Part shown: positions 46,488 through 52,508 of the stretch, piece by piece
How the letters are laid out: each line of letters begins with the position of its first letter
Numbering within the stretch: the first letter of the stretch is position 1
Source of the DNA: a virus
Taxonomy: Duplodnaviria > Caudoviricetes
IMG/VR virus record: IMGVR_UViG_3300036820_000468
Coordinates: 1-52,508 of that record
Direction: 5' to 3' (one strand)
DNA length: 52,508 nt
The notes under the pieces: generated by a model
What the model was told of the DNA's origin: nothing
The model's input: only the letters and a program-made list of their open reading frames with translations
Database searches by the model: none
Program-made: the position numbers and the translations under genes

Positions 46488-47524
46488 GGCTTACCAAAGC
46501 CGCCACCGGGGAACAGGGCCGCGTTCACCTGGGCCTGCGAATACCCGGCCTGAATCAACTGACTTGCGATTACGTTACGATCTGTGATACCCGCTCTGTG
46601 CGCCTCGGCGATCTCTTGCGCGATAGGCACGCGCCGCGGCGGTGGCGGGGGCGGAGGTAGCCTAGGGGCTGTAACAGTTTTGACTTGCCCCGTACGCGGG
46701 TCAACAATATTGATCGTGACCGGCGTCGAGTTCCCCGCTTGCGGAATAACGATTGGCGCCATTGTCGGCGGCGCTGAAAGTTGTCCTCCGGTTCTTGCCG
46801 CGGATTGGTTCTGCTCTTTCCACACCGCAAGGTTTTGTGCGTCTGAGCGATTCGCCTCATCGACAGCCGCACGATACGCTTGGTCCTCGTTATGGTATGT
46901 CGCAAGGTTCAATGCGGTCTGCATGGCAATCGCCTCGCGCTCATCGTCGCTGCGCCCGGCAATATCGGTACGAGTCTTTGCTGAGAGATACGCGCGTTGC
47001 ATCAGTCCCGCTTGTGCGGCCCCAGCCTCCGCCTCACGAGCCTTCAACGCGGCCATTACCTCGCCGTGCCGCTGCTTCCACCATCCAGCTTGCGCTTCCG
47101 TTAGATCCGTCTTGGGCCCAGCGGTGTACTCCGCATTTGTTATCTGCGAGAACCCGCCGGGCAGTTGTTTCGCCGCAGGCCCCCAAGTTGCTATTCCTTG
47201 AGCGTCCTGCTGATTTATAGCCGCAACGTAGTTACGCTGTGCGATTTCTGCGAGTTGCTGGGGCGTGGCGTTGGGCGGGACCTTCTCGTACTTACCCGTG
47301 AGAGGCAGAGGCTTGAGCGTCCCATAATCGTAGCCCTGTTCGGCGGCGTCAAGCTGCGCTTTCTTAGTTTCCGCCGCCGTTTGCGCTTTCTCTTCATCGA
47401 TCTGCGCTTGATTGTAGGCAGTATCAGATGCGAGCCGCTGCTGGTCTTCCTGATTCTGGAAGCGCTGTTGACGGCCTTGTCCGTAACCGCCTGCCGCGCC
47501 GAGAAGCGCTGTAAGAAAGCTCAT
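46484..47524 (-). CDS. Putative ejection protein
   Basis: MSFLTALLGAAGGYGQG, Gln/Ala helical. Confidence 0.65.
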   Translation of the reverse strand: MSFLTALLGAAGGYGQGRQQRFQNQEDQQRLASDTAYNQAQIDEEKAQTAAETKKAQLDAAEQGYDYGTLKPLPLTGKYEKVPPNATPQQLAEIAQRNYVAAINQQDAQGIATWGPAAKQLPGGFSQITNAEYTAGPKTDLTEAQAGWWKQRHGEVMAALKAREAEAGAAQAGLMQRAYLSAKTRTDIAGRSDDEREAIAMQTALNLATYHNEDQAYRAAVDEANRSDAQNLAVWKEQNQSAARTGGQLSAPPTMAPIVIPQAGNSTPVTINIVDPRTGQVKTVTAPRLPPPPPPPRRVPIAQEIAEAHRAGITDRNVIASQLIQAGYSQAQVNAALFPGGGFGKP

Positions 47525-48072
47525 GCAATGTACGGCGTATTCGATGTGCCGCCAGGGTCGCCGGGCGCGTAGTATCCCGTACCGCCACTCCCATAGCCGG
47601 CACCCGCAGTCGCACCGCCGCCTCCGCCACCGGCGCTCGGCAATCCAAATGCTGCACCGGCCATCGACGAGCCTTCCCGCAATGCCTTATAGAACTGCGA
47701 GATCGCGTCGTTGTAGGCGCTCTCCTGCGCACCGGGCTCTTGAGCGTTGATCGTGCCGTACTGATTGAGCGCGGACTGATAGAGCGGTGCGTCAGCGCTA
47801 GCGATCGCTGCCGACTGCCCGACGCCTAAGTTAGAGAAATCGGAGCGGCCCGAGCCGCTGTTGGTAATACCCTTGGACGCAAGATACGACGTGAGGTTCG
47901 CATCCTCGGCGTTGAACTGCGGCTGCAGCGCGCGGTTCTGCGTTGCGATAAACGCATTGGCAGCCGGCGACGTCGTCGAGTTGACCTCACGGTCCAGCGC
48001 CTGCTGGTAATAGTTTCCCGCGTTATTCGCTGCACCACCGGCACCAGCTAGACCCGGAATAATTCCACTCAT
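47521..48072 (-). CDS. Putative ejection/pilot protein
   Basis: LASKGITNSG motif, Gly-rich ends. Confidence 0.65.
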   Translation of the reverse strand: MSGIIPGLAGAGGAANNAGNYYQQALDREVNSTTSPAANAFIATQNRALQPQFNAEDANLTSYLASKGITNSGSGRSDFSNLGVGQSAAIASADAPLYQSALNQYGTINAQEPGAQESAYNDAISQFYKALREGSSMAGAAFGLPSAGGGGGGATAGAGYGSGGTGYYAPGDPGGTSNTPYIA

Positions 48073-48269
48073 TGCGATGTCCCGTACGGGTTGTTCGTCG
48101 CCGTGGTTCCACCACCCGACGCGACCGGAATGTTCGCATACGGATTCATCGGCCCAGGCGAATAGAGATTGCTCTTATCCTGAAAGCCCGAAAGCAAACG
48201 CTGCAACGCCGTCACTTGCGTCGGGTTCCCCGGCGTACCGCCCTGCAACCCGGCAATCAATCCAGACAT
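48069..48269 (-). CDS. Small putative virion protein
   Basis: GGAG RBS, MSGLIAGLQGG. Confidence 0.6.
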   Translation of the reverse strand: MSGLIAGLQGGTPGNPTQVTALQRLLSGFQDKSNLYSPGPMNPYANIPVASGGGTTATNNPYGTSQ

Positions 48270-48733
48270 CCGTACTCCCATCGCAGCATTCGAGTCATCC
48301 GGCCGCCAAGCCGCCCCATCATTCGTTTCATTCCGTCGTTGTCGAGTTCGAACGAACCGATCAATCGGCGACCGAGTTCTGAGGCCTGCGCCTCGAGCGT
48401 GCGCATAAGCTCGACGACGGCGCGGGGTGTACCAGTAATGTAAACGACGTCGCGCACATCCGATGCGGTATGGAAATCGTAGATGTCGCGGTACGCAGCT
48501 AGGCCCATCACTGGATTGAACGACCCATTAGCCGCGAGGTGCTTTCCTCCCCACGTTGCCGCCCAGACTACCGATTCCATTTCGGGCAACATCGGCGATC
48601 GAAATCCAAAATGCTGCCCCGTCGGAGGCGTTGGGACGCCGGGGAGCTTCCCCATATCTTTGAGCATCATAACCAAAAGCGCCGGAACGACCTCGACGAT
48701 ACGATGTCGTTTCCGTAGTCCGGGCGCGAGCAT
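48257..48733 (-). CDS. Hypothetical protein, possibly GNAT-like fold
   Basis: Sits between nozzle and ejection genes; N..M.RMMGRLGG end; start inferred from promoter geometry. Confidence 0.5.
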   Translation of the reverse strand: MLAPGLRKRHRIVEVVPALLVMMLKDMGKLPGVPTPPTGQHFGFRSPMLPEMESVVWAATWGGKHLAANGSFNPVMGLAAYRDIYDFHTASDVRDVVYITGTPRAVVELMRTLEAQASELGRRLIGSFELDNDGMKRMMGRLGGRMTRMLRWEYGCLD

Positions 48734-48763
48734 GGCCTCATTCTCGGGCGCAGAGCCTGCTCG

Positions 48764-48787
48764 GTCGGTCCAGGATTCTGGAGAACA
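48764..48787. promoter_or_regulatory. Palindromic box, copy 3
   Basis: GTCGGTCCAGGATTCTGGAGAACA; centred 42.5 nt upstream of ATG 48733. Confidence 0.7.
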
Positions 48788-48798
48788 CGAAAGGTCCA

Positions 48799-49230
48799 TT
48801 AATCGGTTGCCTCAACGGCCTGTACATAGACGAGGCGTGTATCGTTTGGGTCCGAACTGCGGATGATAATCGAGGCCGTCGTTCCAGTGCCTTGCGGTGT
48901 GATCTCCGAGGGGCCGTTCGGGTTAATCACCACGGCAGTCGCGGTAACGTTCGGAGGTTTACCGAACTTTGTTTTGTACGACCATACGCCAACTGCCCCG
49001 CCGGTTTGCGGCGTAAGCGGGATATACGCTGAGTCCGTCGGCGCGGCATTTGCGTTATTGGTTGCGGTAAGCGCAACGTTCCGGTTACCCGTCGCGCCGC
49101 GAATCGAACCCGGCGGCGGCAGCATCGAAACCGGCGCAAAGTACCGGCGCAGGCGATTGGCCGTACGGTGATCCTCACCCGGTTTACTGAGCCGCTCCTT
49201 ACGCTCTTGTAACGATCGAATCAACGCCAT
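48799..49230 (-). CDS. Putative tail protein with H-type-lectin-like C-terminus
   Basis: F..PPNVTAT...VYVQAV pattern; TAATG coupled. Confidence 0.55.
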   Translation of the reverse strand: MALIRSLQERKERLSKPGEDHRTANRLRRYFAPVSMLPPPGSIRGATGNRNVALTATNNANAAPTDSAYIPLTPQTGGAVGVWSYKTKFGKPPNVTATAVVINPNGPSEITPQGTGTTASIIIRSSDPNDTRLVYVQAVEATD

Positions 49231-51395
49231 TAGGGCGCAAACGCCTCCTGCGGATTAATATCGAAGCCCCACGACAGAACCTCGAAATCGACCATGCTCG
49301 TTCCGTCTTCGGCGAGCTGCACGATAACGCTCTTGGCTTGCATCGCCGGTTCGAAGTACTTCTCAAGCTCGTTATAGGCCTCACCGTTTTGCGGCGCGAG
49401 CGTCGGATTGAACGTGAGCGTCACCACCGCTGTGCTATACGGCAGTATTTGACCGGAGTTAGGAATGATTCGTCCAGGCGAAATCTGCGCGGTGAAGTTC
49501 GCGCCAGCGTTGGCCTCAGCGTTGACCATAAAGCGATGGCAGTTCTTGAGCACCTCAGGGGTATCGAATGCGACGTACCCGGTCTGCACCATCCACGGAA
49601 TCGGATTTGTCCAATCGTCAGCCGCGTTGCCCCCGACAAGATGAATGTACGAACCGTGCGAGTTGACGAACCATACGATCGGCGGATCGGTGTTCATGCC
49701 GCTCGGGGTCGGCCCGACGCCGTACTGAATCCAGCAGCCGACTTCCCAACCAGTCCAGCGTGACCACGCGTACTGCCCGATCGCTGTCGTCGCATCGTCG
49801 TCGTAGACCACGATCGTATCGGGGTTACCTGTACCAAGGTCCATCGCCCAAAGCGCTATCGAGTTGTACATAATCGTTTCATCGACACTACCGCTGTCCA
49901 GCCCGAACTTCTGATTGAGCAATGTCAGCACTTGAAGGTCGCCCGCGACGCAACGGACGACTTGCTGATCGCCCTTCGAAGCGAGTCCCTCGGTGTACTT
50001 GATCGGCATACCGATATGCTCGGGGACGTACGATCCGGTGGCCAGACGCAGGAACTTCTTCCCCGACCACCAGACGATCTCGTTCTCGAGAACGGCACCG
50101 CAGTACGGCGATGGCATTCCATATCCAACAATCTGCGGCGTAAGCGAGAACTGATATTCGCCTTGCTGAAAATCGTAGCCCTCAATCATGTAGATGTTAT
50201 TGGTCTTAAAAAGATAGAGCGCGTTGCCCAACGGAATACACGTCTGCACGCCGGGATCGCCGTCGCCGGGGCCTGCGCTATAACCGCCGTTCGTGCCGTC
50301 GTTGGATCCGCTTGCGTCCATGCCGCCGTTTTGGATCATAAACGTAAAGGCTTCGGGTTGATCAATGTCGCACGCGAACGCCGTGTCGGGGTTATTCGGA
50401 TCGCCCCAGAACCACGCGTGGTTGTGCCAAGTGCAGCAGCCGGTAAAGGCGTTAGGGGCCATATACGAGAGCGCGATGACTCGGTTAAGCCCAAGGTCGT
50501 AACGACAAGGCCCATGCCACGATACGCCGCCGCCGGTCATGTTCGTCGGCGTACCCGATGCGGGACTGACGGCGAGCGTACTGCCCGGATCGGTACCCGC
50601 CGTAAACGTAATCGTGTATGTGATATTGTTTCCCGCGCCACCGCCGATCGCTGCGCCCATGTGAATGACCGCTTTGGGGACTGGGGGGTTACCCGATGAC
50701 TGTACCGGGTTCGGCGCGGTGATGTACGACTCGCCCAAAAACGGCGGATAGGGATTGTTGTTGTTGATATACGCCTGCGTCTGATTGAGCAGCGTGACGA
50801 GTTGCTGGGCTATCGACGATGCGTTGTCCGATCCTAAGATAATATAGTCCGATGTCGTTATCTCAGGTTCGGCGCCGTTCTGCACCGTGATACTCATCTT
50901 AGTAGTCCCGCCCGGTGCCGTTCCGGGGGCTCCGGTGATAATGATCTCGCCATTTGCCGGCGACCCGCCTGCGAGTTCGATGCCGCAGATAATAAGAATA
51001 TCGGCGCCGTTGCCGTTAGCCGCTTGGGGATCTCGCATCGTACAGAACGAAGGCGCGTTACCCGGAACGGAAAGATCGAAACTCCCTAAGTCTGCAAGGC
51101 TCAACGGTCCATTTCCGATATACAAATGGTTCCGCGCGTACACGACCAGGTTGGTAACCGGTGTCGGAAATGCCCGGTACCAGCGATAGCCCGATACGGG
51201 CGTCAGTTTGCCGCCCGAGGGCAAAACGTCGCGATGCACACCCGTGCGTTTGCCCCAGGCGCCTTGACGCTTATAGACGAGATTATCAACTGCGGTCAGT
51301 CCGCTTCCGCCAACCAGCGGCGGCGACGTCGACTCAAAGAGTACGCCCGTAGCGGGGAACGAACCGTAGCGGGACTGCGGAGCAGCAGCGGGCAT
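49230..51395 (-). CDS. Tail nozzle / head-closure beta-propeller protein (P22 gp10 / T7 gp12-like)
   Basis: DN....GAWGKRTG N-terminus, WHNHAWF, LYLFKTNNIY, WSRW, F..PE..K; follows adaptor. Confidence 0.75.
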   Translation of the reverse strand: MPAAAPQSRYGSFPATGVLFESTSPPLVGGSGLTAVDNLVYKRQGAWGKRTGVHRDVLPSGGKLTPVSGYRWYRAFPTPVTNLVVYARNHLYIGNGPLSLADLGSFDLSVPGNAPSFCTMRDPQAANGNGADILIICGIELAGGSPANGEIIITGAPGTAPGGTTKMSITVQNGAEPEITTSDYIILGSDNASSIAQQLVTLLNQTQAYINNNNPYPPFLGESYITAPNPVQSSGNPPVPKAVIHMGAAIGGGAGNNITYTITFTAGTDPGSTLAVSPASGTPTNMTGGGVSWHGPCRYDLGLNRVIALSYMAPNAFTGCCTWHNHAWFWGDPNNPDTAFACDIDQPEAFTFMIQNGGMDASGSNDGTNGGYSAGPGDGDPGVQTCIPLGNALYLFKTNNIYMIEGYDFQQGEYQFSLTPQIVGYGMPSPYCGAVLENEIVWWSGKKFLRLATGSYVPEHIGMPIKYTEGLASKGDQQVVRCVAGDLQVLTLLNQKFGLDSGSVDETIMYNSIALWAMDLGTGNPDTIVVYDDDATTAIGQYAWSRWTGWEVGCWIQYGVGPTPSGMNTDPPIVWFVNSHGSYIHLVGGNAADDWTNPIPWMVQTGYVAFDTPEVLKNCHRFMVNAEANAGANFTAQISPGRIIPNSGQILPYSTAVVTLTFNPTLAPQNGEAYNELEKYFEPAMQAKSVIVQLAEDGTSMVDFEVLSWGFDINPQEAFAP

Positions 51396-52508
51396 CTAGT
51401 ACGATGACCATCCGTAGTCGAGGTCGCTATCGTAATACCCGCCCAACGTCGGCTGCACGTCGCGCTTGGCGTCCCACTCAAGCCCCTTAGCCACTTCAAC
51501 GGCGGCGAGATAGCGCTTGAGGTAATAAGCGGCGTTACCAGTCGGGTCTTGCTTACGATTCCAATAGTCCGAGAGCACGCCGTACACTAGAACCATGTGA
51601 AACTGCGAGGGAATACCCGGCGTGTCGTTTGCAAAGAGCATGAAGTTACCGGTGCTCGAGTAGTAAAAGTTCATCGTGTCGCCGTTGGGGGTCAGATTTG
51701 CCTGCCCATTCGGCGTTACGGTAATCGTCGCACCCGTACTGATGTTGACCTGGTAGGTAATGTTCGTGCCGGGCGGGTTGAGCCCGGTGAGCGTCACTTG
51801 GTTCGCGGCCGTGCCCGACGGCTGCAGGAACGGTGTCGGGCCGATACACGCGTTGCTGTTGTTGATGAGCGTCGAGATCGATTGCGCGATCGACTCGAGC
51901 GTATCGCCCGCCTGCACGATGTAGGTCGGAACGATCACCGGCGTGTTAGGGACGTTAGCGAGAACGACCTGAATCGCATTGCCCGCAGTAATCGTGCCGT
52001 TGAACGTAAACTCTCCGGTGCCCGGACCAAGCGCGTTACCGGGACCGGGTTGCGGAAAAAGCCGAATGTAACCCGCGAACATCTCACGGTAAACGTACGG
52101 CTGCCCCGTGCTTAAAGTATCGTCGGCCCAGTACGCATCGAACTCGTTGAAGCTCTTGCTCTCCAACGTGTAGGTTTGCTGCCCCGCGGGCGTGTACTCG
52201 ACGCGTGTAAGCGACTGCGTGTCGGGTGGCACGGGATAGTCTAAGACTGGAAACACCGGAACGGTTACGAACTTGTCGGAAATCATCGGCGCAAGGCCCG
52301 TGTCGCCGACGAACTGCCCGAGCATGATGTTGAGATCTTGTGCAACGGTGTCCTGGGCGTAATCGCCGGTTACGGGAATCGGATCACCGGTCAAGGGCCC
52401 CGGCTCACGAAGCAGATGCCAGATGCGATTCTGCATCGTTTGAAACGTCAGTTGTCCGGGGATTTGTGCCGGCGGATTGAGCAACAACCGGCCGCCGTTT
52501 TTGCCGAG
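51396..52508 (-). CDS. Head-tail adaptor protein (continues at 1..15)
   Basis: TF..MQNRI..LL.E, GQPYVY, IRLFPQP, DTP.IPSQFH..LVYG. Confidence 0.78.
   Translation of the reverse strand, partial: LGKNGGRLLLNPPAQIPGQLTFQTMQNRIWHLLREPGPLTGDPIPVTGDYAQDTVAQDLNIMLGQFVGDTGLAPMISDKFVTVPVFPVLDYPVPPDTQSLTRVEYTPAGQQTYTLESKSFNEFDAYWADDTLSTGQPYVYREMFAGYIRLFPQPGPGNALGPGTGEFTFNGTITAGNAIQVVLANVPNTPVIVPTYIVQAGDTLESIAQSISTLINNSNACIGPTPFLQPSGTAANQVTLTGLNPPGTNITYQVNISTGATITVTPNGQANLTPNGDTMNFYYSSTGNFMLFANDTPGIPSQFHMVLVYGVLSDYWNRKQDPTGNAAYYLKRYLAAVEVAKGLEWDAKRDVQPTLGGYYDSDLDYGWSSY

Overview
The window looks like a complete, circularly permuted ~52.5 kb tailed phage genome (GC-rich, podovirus-like). The adaptor gene cut at the right end continues in frame into bases 1-15. 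The minus-strand late operon carries TerL with a LAGLIDADG intein, portal, HNH, scaffold, major capsid protein, beta-helix spike, adaptor, nozzle, ejection proteins, two large signal-peptide-bearing proteins, a lysis cassette and three protamine-like proteins. The plus-strand replication module carries an SNF2-like helicase with an intein, a UDG-PolA fusion, a Cas4-like nuclease, a Sak4-like ATPase, an SSB-like protein and VRR-NUC, with a divergent primase-helicase. A lipoprotein phosphoesterase is a likely host-derived gene. I saw no integrase, repressor, tRNA or CRISPR array. Most striking observations: (1) a helicase intein whose Vsr/DUF559-type endonuclease is nested in the +1 frame with its own candidate leaderless promoter; (2) an EndoVII-type element flanked by two synonymously recoded copies of its target gene's 5' end, with a similar recoded duplicate at the capsid gene's 3' end; (3) a circularly permuted Sak4-like ATPase; (4) three palindromic boxes at about -42.5 plus a LuxR-type regulator; (5) a host-type parS site without parB. 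All product calls come from motif recognition by eye; no database searches were run.
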